Below, piece by piece: positions 39,293 to 52,790 of a DNA stretch of 64,000 bases. This DNA is from Octopus vulgaris (taxonomy: Eukaryota). The DNA lies in the NCBI GenBank assembly GCA_951406725.2, contig OX597815.1:77686001-77750000 (forward strand). The letters are read 5' to 3'. The notes under the pieces are model-generated. The model did not search any database. It saw only the letters and a program-made list of their open reading frames with translations, and was not told the DNA's origin. The first letter of the stretch is position 1. The number at the start of each line of letters is the position of its first letter. A program made the position numbers and the translations under genes.

Positions 39293-40858
39293 TCCTTTAA
39301 CAACAATACTCTGTCCATTCTTTGTTTGATGGTATGGCATGTTTAGCTGTTGGTTATCAATATCAATTACTTTGTAAGACTGTGATAAATAAATGAAATA
39401 TCGATGGTTGGTTAGATTTTGAGTCTTAGACTAATTCCTAAAGAATAATCAATTGATTTATAGAAGGTTAGCATTTTGTTATGTAGATTCATTTGCTTTT
39501 CATATTTCTGTCATCTAGAGGTGCCTTTGGGTAGTAAAATGTTATTGCTTGGGTGTTAGGTCTAACATATCATTTGGTTTAATTAACATCCCTACCAGTT
39601 GAGAGAGAGAAAGAGAGATGTATTTATGGCAGGCTTTGTACAGTTTCTCATCTCCCAAATTTAATCACAAGACATTGGCTGAAACTGAGTTACAGTAGAA
39701 GATATTTACTCAAGCTATCATGCAGGGGGACTGAACCTGAAGTAAACTTCATAATCACAGTGTCATGATTCTCAATTAAGAAAGAATATTTAAGATATTA
39801 ATTAGCTTTATTCAAAATGTGTGTATGTGTCTTCTTGTTTTGGTATTACATACTAAATGTAAACAAACTTCACCATTATAGAAGTGGTGTCGTTCATTAG
39901 TAGTCTTCCATGAAAACATGTACAACCAATGTGCTGTTCACGTTCAAATGATTTGGCTAATATTACCTTACTTGGAAACATTTAAAGGTTGGTGACAGGA
40001 AGAGCATCTGGTCATAGAAAATCTATCTCAACACATTTCATCCTACTCATGTGAGCATGGAAAATGGACATTAAAATGATGATGATAATTAATGTAAAAC
40101 TAGAATATTTCCTCAAATGTCACATCCAGTATCCCAAATCGTGGTACCAATATTGGCATTAAAATGACATTATGGGATAGGAATCCATTGAAGGAATAGA
40201 GATTTGACAAATCACAAAATGATGTTGGTGACGTTCTTGTCGATTCTATGAAGTTAAAGCATTTTAACCAAGAATAAAGGAAACATTTGTTGACAACAGA
40301 TACAAATATTTAACCTGGCTATATGCCATTCATATTCCTTGTGAGAATGTCATGACCAAGTTTAAATGTTATTTAGCATTGTAAATATTGTTAGAATAAA
40401 GCTTTAGGTCATCTATTGAGTGTATAGGGTGAGGAGAACAAAAACTAATGACGTGTGAGTGACTTGACTTCTTCTTTCACCCTCCACTGCACAGAACTAA
40501 ACCTATAACTTCTTTTGATGCTTTAATTTCTTGGTAGAAGTTGTTAAGAGATTAATTAATTTTCTCTTAACATTTGCTTTATTTAAGTAGAGTTTGTCAA
40601 AGTATAGCAATTCTTTTATTACATTTATTCTAGAACAATGAGACTTATGAGGTCAAAGAATCATCATCATCATCATCATTTAGCATCTGTATTCCTCACT
40701 GGCATAGGTTTGACAATGTGGCAGGATCTGACTTAGCAGAAGACTGTTTTGAGTTCTGACATCTGTTTTAGCATGGTTTCTATGGCTGGACACCCTTCCA
40801 AATGCCAACCACTTTACAGCATATACTGGGTCATTGGCAGTAGTGAGATTGCCAGGTA

Positions 40859-42095
40859 CCAGGTTGAGTCAAAAGAATTTTCATATTTCAAGCTTTAATT
40901 AATTGTCCAAACAAATTACAAAGTGTTTATTTATCAAAATATATCCCATGAAAGCCTGCTATCTCTTGGCATCATTGTGCCAAAAGCTCAATTCCATGCT
41001 TATACCATTTGACTGGTTTAGAGGCAAAAAAAAACTCCCTGCACCTATTTTCAACCTCATCTACATTGTTGAAACTCCATCTGTGCAGGAAATGAGACAT
41101 GGCTTGAAAAAGGTTGTAATCTGATGGTGCAAGGCTTGGATTGTAGGCGGGATGAGGCAGCACTCACATCCCCTCAAGTTTGCACTTGGTCACTTTGGCA
41201 GTGTGTGCTGGGGTATTGTCATGTCATAAGAGTATGCATCTCTGATTCACCAATATTGGGTAGTAGGCTTTTAAAGCATCATATATTTGATACACTTGTT
41301 TAGTATGAAGGTTAGCATTTACTGCATGACTATCTGGGACAAGCTCAAAGTGCAACACCTCCTTGAAATTCCACCAAACACACAACATGACCTTCTGTTC
41401 AAACTACCCATGTTTAACAACAGGTTCAGAAGCCTGGCTAGAACAAAGCCACTGATTTCTTTAATTAGAATTACGAAAATAGATCCATTGTCCATCTCCA
41501 CTTACAATTTGACACCAAAACGAGGTATCTCAAGGATTTGTCAGCAATCGTTTGCAAATGTTCACACATTGTTGAGTCTGGTCATTGGTCAGTTCATGAT
41601 GTGTCAGTTGGTGGTACTTTGTGAAGGACCAAGTTCTGCCAACAGTTTACAAGTGCTTGTGCCTGGCTGTCATTCAACCATTTCAAGCAAGGCCTCATTT
41701 TTCACTAAAGAAGGCCTCCCTGAACTTTGCTTTGTCTTTGAGTCTGGTGTCACCTTCCTTGGAATGTCTGAACCAGTTTTGAACTACATGTTTGTTGACA
41801 TTTCTTGGGCTTTGCACATCATTAATTTCTTTTGCCACTACCCTTGCATTCAGTGTTTTTTTCCTCATAGTTAGCATAAAGTGGTTCTAATTGCAATTTT
41901 TTCACCACTCATTAACAAACCTGTAAAATAAGGAATAAACAATGTTTATATGCTATGCAAATAAAAAATAGATAAAGATTAAACAATGCAGCATCAATTA
42001 AACTACTTGTATCAAATTAATGATATAACATGGTGATACAAATTGTCGAAAATCATCAGTGAAAATTCCCCAAAAAATCTTTTGATTTAACCTGG
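40859..42095 (-). mobile_element. Near full-length decayed mariner (DD34D)
   Basis: TA|CCAGGTTGAGTCAAAAGA...TCTTTTGATTTAACCTGG|TA TIRs; VQNWFRHSKEGDTRLKD, HDNTPAH, LPHPAYNPSLAPSDYNLF. Confidence 0.95.
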
Positions 42096-42831
42096 TAGAT
42101 CACAAGATGAGGTGTAATTTCAATAAACTAATGAATGAATCATTATCATCATCATCATCATCATTGGTGTCGTTGTTGTCCTCCTCATCCTCATTATCAT
42201 TATCATCATCTGCTGCTGCAGGAGAGAGATTGCTTTGAGTGTTAACTTCTTTTTCGTGCATGATTATAGATTATGCCACATTTCAAATGCTTTTACAACC
42301 CGAGAGTAGAAGATGGCTACAAAATAACTAATGAATAAAAGAGACAATTCTGATAAAAAAAAAACATTAACTGGTTAATGCACACATTGCAAATTAGAAT
42401 GTATGAGTGGGAAAATAAAAATATGCAACATTTTAAATCACATTGAATTGCACAGTCTGAGTCTAGGAAGTCCTAGCAATTAAGACAAATGGTGAGTTAT
42501 CTCCTAACTGTCATTACTCCTTGGTCTGTTCAGATTCTGAACAGCAGCATTAAGAGTTGCAGAGTAAACTGCTTTACTAATCACCTTGATTCAACATAGC
42601 ATTCTGGATTTGACAATAACCATTAATCAAATATCACCAAATAGTGATTAAAGCTTTGTAGGCGAAATCTTGGAGTCCAAAGGTTATGGGACAGCACCTA
42701 AACAGAAAAGAAGCTGCTGTTGTATAGACTGGTTTATGTACATCAAATTGGAAGGGATAATCCCTAACAGAAAGGAGTTGGTCCCTCAGTTGGCTATATT
42801 TAAATTGACAAGATTTGTAAATTTCAACATA

Positions 42832-43235
42832 AGCACAAGAATGGCTGTGTGGTTAAGACGCTTACTTCCCAACCAGATGGTTTCAGGTTCAGTATTCTGG
42901 GCAAGTGTCTTCTGCTTTATCTTCAGGTCAACCAAAACCATGTGAGTGGGTTTGATAAACAAAAACTGAAAAGCTCATTGTATGTGTGCGTGTGTGTGTA
43001 GATATATTTCCTTGTTTGACATTATGTGGTAGTTTTAAATGAATGTCATTGTCATACAAACAGTGTCATTCATTTCCAATATTCTGTAAAAACTTGTCTA
43101 CCCATGAGGGGAAATATTGCATGGAAACGGGTGACAGTTGGTGAGAGAAAGGCCATCCAGCCATAGAAAGTCTGCTAAAATAAACTCTGTCCAACCCATG
43201 CAAGCTTGGAAATGTGGGACATTAAAACAATGATG
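42832..43235 (+). mobile_element. Family A head with RTE-type tail SINE
   Basis: ATGGCTGTGTGGTTAAG head; CCAACCCATGCAAGCTTGGAAA tail. Confidence 0.85.
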
Positions 43236-44587
43236 GATATTTAACACCAATTGTTTTTGTCATTCAAATTCCAGTGATGGGGCTTTTTCTTTGTTAGAAA
43301 CCAACTCCTTCCTTATATATAAAATCCAAATAATTTAAAAACAAAGATGAGATATCTACAAACCTACACACAATATGCATGCATACATATGAATGCAGCT
43401 GAAACAACACATAACTAAATGTATATTCTTAGAGAAATACAATCAACCAGAAACTTCAGATGAAGTTCAGATTGAAACAATAGACATTTTCAGAACTTTA
43501 TGAAAATCAAAGAATGAACAGATTGGAAAATATGTTAGAAATATCTAGACATTTCTATTTCACCCGTTTTTGGTTTTTTTTTTCTCTCCCTCTCTTCTAT
43601 GTCCTTTACATCTTTCCTTATAACCTTGCAGCCAGACAGTAGATGATAAAAATATTAGACATAAATTTAATCAAAAAGATTAACACATAAATATATGCTT
43701 AGATTTTTTTATATATGTGTGTCTATGTCTATATAAATATGTTTGTCTATCTACCTGTCTCTTTCTCCCTCTCTTTCCCTTTCTATCTGTCTATGAAGCT
43801 ATCTATTTATATATTGCTATTGTCACTCTACCTGTTATAATATCCATTATGATTGTTATTTATTCATCCATTTTATCAAATATAAACATGACCAGATATT
43901 TTCCCCTTTGAGACCTAAATCAATCTGTAAAACTTCCTTCAGATTTCTCTGCTTCACATAATTAACTAAATATTCTAGCTGCCCACCTTCACTAAAACTG
44001 GTGTGTGACAGCTTCACTAATGTTACAATGGAGCCAGTAGACTGGCAAACATTATATATATATATATATATATATATAGGAATTTAAACAAACTGATGTG
44101 AATCATAAAATATATAGAAAAGTAAACAGGTAGCCTTCACTCTTGAGAAAATAATGGAAGGCCTAGCAAAGCCAGTCCATTAACTTCTCTATTGTTAGCT
44201 ACAAGTATCATGCATATAACTATATCACATGTTTTGTATGTGTGTAATACTTGGTGAGGCCTTGAGGCAGTGAAGCTGTGATCTGATGACGACACAATAG
44301 TATTAATCTCTACAATTGCTTCTCTGTAATCTTCATGGTTTTTGTTTGTGAAATAGGAATGGCATGATTGTGATATTTGCTTTGAAATATTTCTACTCTC
44401 TTACTATCTTTCTCTCTCTGTCCCTGTCTGTCTGTTTGTCTCTCTCTCTCTCTCTCATGTGCTGAGAAGAACACATACACACTTATTACACACATATATA
44501 TATATATATACAGACATACATACATATGTAAATATATATATATATATATATATATCTGTATATAATATGTATATATGTATATATGAA

Positions 44588-44927
44588 GGCGCATGGCTCA
44601 GTGGTTAGAGCGTCGAGCTTACGATCGTGAGGTTGTGAGCTCGAATCCCGGACCGGGTTGCGTGTTGTGTTCTTGAGCAAGGCACTTTATTTCACGTTGC
44701 TCCAGTTCACTCAGCTGTAGAAATGAGTTGCGATGTCACTGGTGCCAAGCTGTATCGACCTTTGTCTTTCCCTTGGATAACACTGGTGGCGTGGAGAGGG
44801 GAGGCTGGTATGCATGGGCGACTGCTGGTCTTCCATAAACAACCTTGCCCGGACTTGTGTCTAGGAGGGTAACTTTCTAGGTGCAATCCCATGGTCATTC
44901 ATGACCGAAGGGGGTCTTTACCCTTTA
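44588..44927 (+). mobile_element. Young tRNA-derived SINE (family D)
   Basis: GGCGCATGGCTCAGTGGTTAGAGCG A-box, GCTCGAATCCC B-box-like motif, CTTGAGCAAGGCACTT body, CpG-rich, inserted in (TA)n. Confidence 0.93.
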
Positions 44928-45936
44928 TATACATATATATATGTCTATATGATGATGATGAACATCATCATCTAATGTCCGCTTTCTATGCTGGTATGGA
45001 TTGGATGTTTTGACTGAGGGTTGGCAAGCTAGAAGGCTGCACTAGGCTCCAGTCTGATCTGGCAAAGTTTCTACAGTTGGATGCCCTTCCTAATGCCAAC
45101 CACTCAACCATATATATGTATATACATATATACATATAATATGTACATACATATCTATATATAGTATGTACATATATATATATGTATATATGAATGTATG
45201 TATATACATATATGTGTGTGTGTGTATATATATATGTATATATATGTATATATATATATAATTCGTTTTTGGATTTGGTTTGCCAGATTCTTCCTGTAAA
45301 TTCGTGTGTTGAAGCATATTCGGTTGTGTCTGGATAGAGTCATTCTCTTTTGGTGCCATATAATTTAATACACTCAACAGTAAAATTTCCACTTATTTTT
45401 TATTTTTCTAAAATTTTCGTTGCTTCTTGCAATCTTTTCAATAGTTCTGACTCTGTCCATTATTCACAGTGTTCCTTTTTGTATTTTTATGCGCATGTGT
45501 ATGGATCAGTGTGTGTGTGTGTGCCTATACATGCATGTATGTATGCATGCATGTATGTATGTATGTATGCATTTGTGTATGCATGTATGTGTGTGCATTT
45601 GTATCTATTTATGTGTGTACATTTGTATGTATATATTCTGCATATTCATGTGTTTGCATTCCGTGTTTGTGTGTTTTTATGTATGTATGTGTGTTTGTAT
45701 ATGTGTGCATGTACCTCTGTTTCCTTGTGTGTGCATGTCTGAGTGTATGTGTGTGTTTTGCAACTATGTACCATGTTTGTATGTATGGATGTGCATCTCC
45801 ATATGTGTGGACAAGTGTTTCCATATGTGTCCTTGTGTGAAGTAAAGTGTGTGTGTATATATATGGTCATGTATTTCAATCTTCATTTGTGTATGTGTAC
45901 TTGTCTGTTCATATAGCCTATGTACCTATCTGTCTG

Positions 45937-47778
45937 GCTATGGGAACGAGTTTGGGCCCCAACTATGCAAACCTGTCTGTTGGCTACGTTGTGGCCCAAA
46001 TATTCTCAAGTTTCACTGGTCCCACTCCCGAACTATACAGCCATTATTTTGATGACTGTATCAGTGCGACCTCACTCTCCCGCAAACATCTAGACTCTTT
46101 CCACTCTTTTGTCAAATCTTTCCATCCTGCCCTCCACTTCTCCTGCACTATCTCTGACACCGCTGTCTTCTTTCTTGACATTTCAGTCAGCATTCATCCA
46201 CTCTCACCATCTCCATCAACTACAAACACACAGACTCACACTTATACCTCAACTTCCCCTCCTCCCACCCTAAACACACCAAGATCTGTAGTGACGACCA
46301 TGACTTTGAGACTCAGTCTCAACTCTTGGCTCGCCACTTCACCTTATGTGGATATCCCCTCACCACTATCCACACTGCCCTTGCCAGAGACGTTCTGTGG
46401 ACCGTGCATCTGCTCTCTACCCCCACAACCCACCCCGCCGTCTCCTGTCCTCCTCACCTACCACCCCACGACCCTATCTCTCCAATGCAACATTCTCCAA
46501 GCCTTCTGGCGACTCCAGTCTGACCTGCCCACTTCCCTAACCGACTCCTCCTCTGCTTCAAACAAGTCCACAACCTACGATATCTCTTGGTCCACAGCTT
46601 CTTCCCTAACCCAACCTCCCAACCCAGCTCATTCCCCTGCTGCACTTGTCCTTACCTCTCCAACACCACCCTCCTCACCGGCACCCACCATCAACCCTAT
46701 CATATCACCGACTCCTTCACCTGCACTTGTACCAATGTTATCTACTGCATCTCCTGCTCTCTCTACCCTTCTCTATACATCGGGCAAACGGGACGCCACT
46801 TGGCTGACCAGTTCGCGGAACACCTCCGAGACACCTGACTCAGCAATGACACCCCAGTCTTGTGCCATTTCCTCTCTACTGGTCACTTTTTGAAACACCT
46901 GTCTGTTTGGATTGTCCTTGCAGAGGGGCCATCCAGACTCTTGTTTGCACTGTGAACAGGGATTAATCTTTTCTTTGCTCCTTTGCACCACATGGGCTCA
47001 ACTCTCCTCCCTTCTTCATCTAACTTATTCCCCTCTTCTCTCTCCCTCTCAACCTACTTCCTGCCACCCACCTCTCCTCTGTTGCTCTGACTCCTACTTA
47101 TTCTCTTCACTCCTACTCTCCTTCTCTCTTCTCTTCACCCCTACCCACCTCCCTTTCCCACTTTTATTGTCACCCTTCCCTTGTAACCCCACTCCCACAC
47201 AATCCAACTGCACCTTCCCTATCCATCCCATCCCACCCACTCCCACATACCACACCTCTACTCCCACCCTCAGCCTAACCCACAACCCACTCTTGCTTTC
47301 ACCACTCCCGCCTCTCCCACGTCCCAACACCATCACACCACACTATACACCATCATGCCACACAACACCACATCACATTATACCACCACACAGACACTAG
47401 CACTGAACACTTCCCAGCCCCACATCCACACACCTACACATACAAACATGCACGTCAAGGTCACCAGCCCTCTTCCACACACACATACATGTTTTCTTAT
47501 ATGCACACATGCACACCTTCATTTTGGAATCACCACTACTTTATTATTTCCCCTTCTTCGTAGCTCTCCTGTGTGACCCCTCTGTCCGGCATTCGCCATG
47601 ATAAATCACTAGCTGCAACACATTCTTTATTTTCTCTCTGTTTCTTTCTGTTTTCCTTTCTAGGGAAGAGCGTAGGCTTGAAACATTAAAGACTTTTTCA
47701 CTTCCTGAGCATTAAACTAATACATCTGTTTGTTGTCTACACCACCTGTCTTCATCTTTTGTTTATTTTGTGAATTCT

Positions 47779-47781
<3 letters not shown>
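45937..47781 (+). mobile_element. Penelope-like element, 5'-truncated and frameshifted
   Basis: RT motifs AMGTSLGPNYANL, YFDD, FLDISV; GIY-YIG NVIYCISC..YIGQTGRHLADQFAEH; C-rich trailer; hammerhead-like GAAGAGCGTAGGCTTGAAAC at 47665-47684. Confidence 0.93.
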
Positions 47782-47821
<40 letters not shown>

Positions 47822-47831
47822 TGTATGTATG

Positions 47832-47871
<40 letters not shown>

Positions 47872-48026
47872 TATGTATGTATGTATATATATATATGTAT
47901 GTATGTATATATATATATATGTATGTATGTATATATATATATGTATGTATATATATATGTATGTATGTATATATATATATGTATGTATGTATATATATAT
48001 ATGTATGTATATATATATATGTATGT

Positions 48027-48060
<34 letters not shown>

Positions 48061-48088
48061 GTATGTATATATATGTATGTATGTATGT

Positions 48089-48122
<34 letters not shown>

Positions 48123-48203
48123 GTATGTATATATATGTATGTATGTATGTATATATATGTATGTATGTATGTATATATATGTATGTATGTATGTATATAT
48201 ATG

Positions 48204-48235
<32 letters not shown>

Positions 48236-49137
48236 TATGTATGTATGTATATATATATATGTATGTATGTATATATATATATGTATGTATATATATATAT
48301 GTATGTATGTATATATATATGTATGTATGTATATATATATATGTATGTATGTATATATATATGTATGTATGTATATATATATATGTATGTATGTATATAT
48401 ATATGTATGTATGTATGTATGTATATATATGTATGTATGTATGTATATATATATGTATGTATGTATATATATGTATGTATGTATATATATGTATGTATGT
48501 ATGTATATATATGTATGTATGTATGTATATATATATATGTATGTATATATATATATATGTATGTATGTATGTATATATATATGTATGTATATATATATAT
48601 GTATGTATATATATATATGTATGTATGTATGTATATATATATATGTATGTATATATATATATGTATGTATGTATATATATATATGTATGTATGTATATAT
48701 ATATATGTATGTATGTATATATATATATGTATGTATGTATGTATATATATGTATGTATGTATGTATATATATGTATGTATGTATGTGTATATATATGTAT
48801 GTATGTGTATATATATGTATGTATGTGTATATATATGTATGTGTGTATGTATGTATGTATGTGTATATATATGTATGTATGTATGTATGTATGGATGTAT
48901 GTATGTATGTGTATATATATGTATGTATGTGTATATATATGTATGTGTGTATGTATGTATGTATGTGTATATATATGTATGTATGTATGTATGTATATAT
49001 GTATGTATGTATGTATATATATATGTATGTATGTATGTATATATATATGTATGTATGTATGTATATATATATGTATGTATGTATGTATATATATATGTAT
49101 GTATGTATGTATATATATATATATGTATGTATGTATG

Positions 49138-49171
<34 letters not shown>

Positions 49172-49180
49172 TGTGCATGT
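47782..49180. repeat. 1.4-kb interspersed (TA)n/(TATG)n microsatellite
   Basis: Direct reading; source of the long YIHT/MYV pseudo-ORFs. Confidence 0.98.
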
Positions 49181-50544
49181 ACACATACACATACATGCAA
49201 TACATTTGTAAGTATGTATGAATTTTTGTTGTGTCATTTCTGAATAGGTTTTTGTGCATATTCTTCTTCTTATTTAATGTTTTACAAGTTTTTCGTATGA
49301 TTCTAAATCTCCGTGAAGCTGGCATTTACAACATTGCAACAACAAAAGAAATGTCAAAAATAGCAACTAATCTTTTACCACAATTCTATTGATCTTATCA
49401 AGGTATTTGTCAGTAGAGGTGTACTTTGGTAAAGTTCCGTTGAAGTTGACTGCTCTGAGAATTTCACTAAGATGATTTATTCTTTTCATCAATAAGCAAT
49501 ACTCTGCATCTTATTGCCATGGAGAATAACTTCAAACAAAGCGCTATACACTGCTGTAAACTTTATTTGCTATAATTATTATTATTGCAAACTATAAGGG
49601 GAGGGGGTCAGAATCTGTTGAATTACCTAAAGAGACATAACTAACACTGTTATGAATCCTTAGTTTCTGAGTTCAAATTACCTGGTTGCTAACATGGGTT
49701 TTTATGTTTTTGCTGCTGTTGCTGGTATAGCAGTTTGTGTTAATTTGCTGTATCCTTCTTTCAAACTGTTAAGCTTTATGATTTTGTTTGAAAAGATTCT
49801 TCTTATTATTATTATCATTATCTGCTTTCCATTTTGTTTCCATCTCTTGCCAAGTGTCTTCCCAGCATCTAGGGCAGAAAAACTCACTGTATACATTGGT
49901 AGGCCATTAAAATAAACACACCAGTTTGTTCATTTACAAAGTCATGTGATATAAAAAAAGGGGAAGAGGGACAGAGAAAAAAGGAAAAAAGAAAACAACG
50001 AAAATAAAGGGGAAAAGGGAAAGAAAATTCATGGTGACAATGCTCTTAATATGTGTAACATACCAGTTAAGACAATCTTTTGCATTTCCTGCATAGATGA
50101 GATCATTCTTAAATAATTTTCAGTTCCTTTTTTAATACCTGTCTCCTATGCTGGCATGGGTTGAGCAGTGTGAGAGGATTCAGTTAGTCAGAGTTGCATT
50201 GAGCTTCAATGTCTGTTTTCACATAATTGTTCCTGAAGCCAACCAATTTACTGTGTACTGGGTGCCTTTCTTTGACACTGGCACTAGCAATATTGTCACA
50301 AGACAAAGAAAACTCTCTCAGCTAAGTGGGAATTTAGTAGAGAAGATGGTTTTTGTTTTTCTGTCAGGCATTGAGAGGTCAAAGTATGATAGGTGTCTTG
50401 CCAAATCAGAGATACATGGCTTATTCCACACTGTAAAAGGGAGGCAGGGAGTAGCCAGAAAGAGAGTTAAGATTGTGGTAACAAGGTGTGTGGGCATATC
50501 CTAACACCTCATTACCATCATCATTAGTATCATTTTTACTGTTT

Positions 50545-51155
50545 CTGAGGGCAGTAAATTGGCAGAAGCATTAGAGCATTGGAAAAAATGCTTTGTGTTG
50601 TTTGTTAAAATCTTTACTTTGTAAGTTCAAATCTCACTGAGGTTAATTTTATCTTTCATCATTTTAGGATTGATAAAATAAAATACCTATCAAATTCTGG
50701 TAGGTTAAATTATTTACTATTTCAATTTCTGAGGTGACAGTTTTGAGAGGTGGGGATCAGTCAAAATAGTTGACCCTAGTACTTGACTGCTACCTTATTT
50801 TATTGACCTGAAAGGGGATGTAAAGCAAATCATAGGTCAATTTTGCATTCTATCTCTTCATGGATAATAAAATAAAGAACCAATCAAGTTGTAGGGGGTA
50901 AATTTAATCAACTAACTCCGCTCCCCACAAAATTTCAGATATTATTCATGTGTTGGAAACGATTATAATTATTATTTCAGATTTAACAGAAGAAATCTTT
51001 CAGTCTGGGTTCAAATCCAATCTATGTCAAATTTACTTTGTTTTCTTTCTGGAGTCTATGAAACAAAGTACCACTCAACAACTAATTTGACTAAATCAAC
51101 TGTAGCCCCTCTTCACCAAAAAGTCTGGCCCTGTGTCCTAAATTAGAAACCATTA
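50545..51155. mobile_element. Cluster of degenerate family C SINE pieces in both orientations
   Basis: TTTCATC..TT...GATAAAATAAAATACC-like motif recurs several times. Confidence 0.65.
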
Positions 51156-51930
51156 TCATTGTAAACTAATTAGGTAAAGTCAGGTCTCACTTATGTAAAA
51201 ATAGTGAATTGAAGATCTTCAATAATCTGAGGATATCCAATCAATTTAATAGACAAAAACTTCCCCTGGAAGTGTTTAAAATCCCAAAATAACAGAGTGA
51301 TAATATCGCTAGTAAGATCAGATGACTGAAAGTTTTGGACAATATAGACAGTGTTGATACTGGAATGGATGTGGTCTTTAAAGCTAAATGGTGAAAGTGA
51401 TGGACATGTTGCTGACATACTAGTGCTTCTCAACAAAGCACACTCAACTCAGTGTGCTTTGCATGAGTCAGATGGAATTTGATGAAGCAGATTTTCTATA
51501 GTTGGATGCACTTCCTGTCACCAACCTTCACCTGTATCTAAGTAAGGTACTGATTCTTTGTGTCTAGATATGCTTTCATACATAGTAGACTGGAAAAGAA
51601 TGACACCACTTGTGTGACAATGTTGTTTGTTGACAACTATCGAGCGATGTCAAAACGAGAGAGAGAGACACACACACATGCACACACACACACACATACA
51701 CACACACACATGCACACACACACACACACACTATGATGATGATGATGATGATGATGATGTTTTATTTTGCCATGCTGATATGGGCTGGATGGTTCAACAT
51801 GAACAGATGAGCCAGAAGGTTGCACTGAGCTCCAGTGTCTGCTTTGGTATCATGCACACATGAACACATATCCATCACACATTCACACACATATATGTAT
51901 CATCATCATATATATATATATATATATAGA

Positions 51931-52065
51931 CATTGTGAATGGATGTAAGGGAATTCGCTCCTGTGTTGGTTAGTATAAGCAGCTGCTATCTGACCAACCT
52001 CGGAGCGAATTCTCTTACGTTCATTGATGATGCCTCCGGCAGGCAAAATGAGGCTGACACTCGCC
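51931..52065 (+). other. 102-nt G.U-rich hairpin with overlapping hammerhead-like motif
   Basis: AATGGATGTAAGGGAATTCGCTCC pairs with GGAGCGAATTCTCTTACGTTCATT; TGATGA-T-GCCT-ccggc-AGGC-AAAA follows. Confidence 0.65.
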
Positions 52066-52149
52066 TCTCTCCCCCTCTTCCCTTCTCATGCTTTCTCTTC
52101 TGGTCAGCCCCTAGACCATGGACATCATGACCCTCTTTTTCTGGCTCAT

Positions 52150-52790
52150 CTCCCACCACTGCTTTGCAACTTGTATCAGTTTGTTTATATCCCCATAACT
52201 TAGAAGTTTTGCAAAACAGATTGGCAGAATAGTTCTCGAGATGATTCATTGGATTAAAACCCTTCAAGGCAGTGCACCAGGTTGGCTGCAATTTCGATTA
52301 CTGAAAGGAAGTAAAAGATAAAAGAGAAACAATATATAAAGAATACAGCTGAGGGGAAATATCCCCAGATCTCAGGAGAGAAAGCTCTTTTTTTTTTCCT
52401 GTCCCTTGAGGTATTGTCCTTAAGCTATATCATTGACTGTTACACTTAGGCAAAGTTTCAATATCCACTTATGTACCTGCTACCTTTTACTTGTTTCAGT
52501 CATTAGACTGTGGCCATGCTGGGGCACTGCCTTGAAGAATTTTTTAGTTGAATGAATTGACCCCAGTATTTATTTTTTTTAAAAGCCTGTCACATATTCT
52601 ATCGCTATCTTTTGTTGAACCACTAAGTTATGATGACATAAGCACACCAGCACTGGTTGTCAAGCAGTGGTGGTGGTGGACAAACAAAGACACACACACA
52701 CAAACACATACAAAGCAGGCTTCTTTCAGTATCCGTTTAGTATAAGGCTATAGTAGAAGACACTTGCCCAAGGTGCCATACAATGGTTCA
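52150..52790. mobile_element. Inverted pair of family A SINE pieces
   Basis: Plus-strand 3' half at 52150-52325; minus-strand copy at 52485-52790. Confidence 0.8.

Noticed and set aside
41287-41874. 195-aa plus-strand ORF
   Set aside because: Antisense of the mariner transposase relic.
44588-44660. tRNA gene
   Set aside because: Acceptor stem does not close, and the sequence continues into a SINE body with a second copy at 35299.
45847-46893. 348-aa intact gene
   Set aside because: Penelope RT fragment that shifts out of frame into Pro/Ser-rich nonsense; the GIY-YIG part is in another frame.
47717-49325. Six 466-514 aa ORFs
   Set aside because: Translations of a TA/TATG microsatellite that lacks stop codons.
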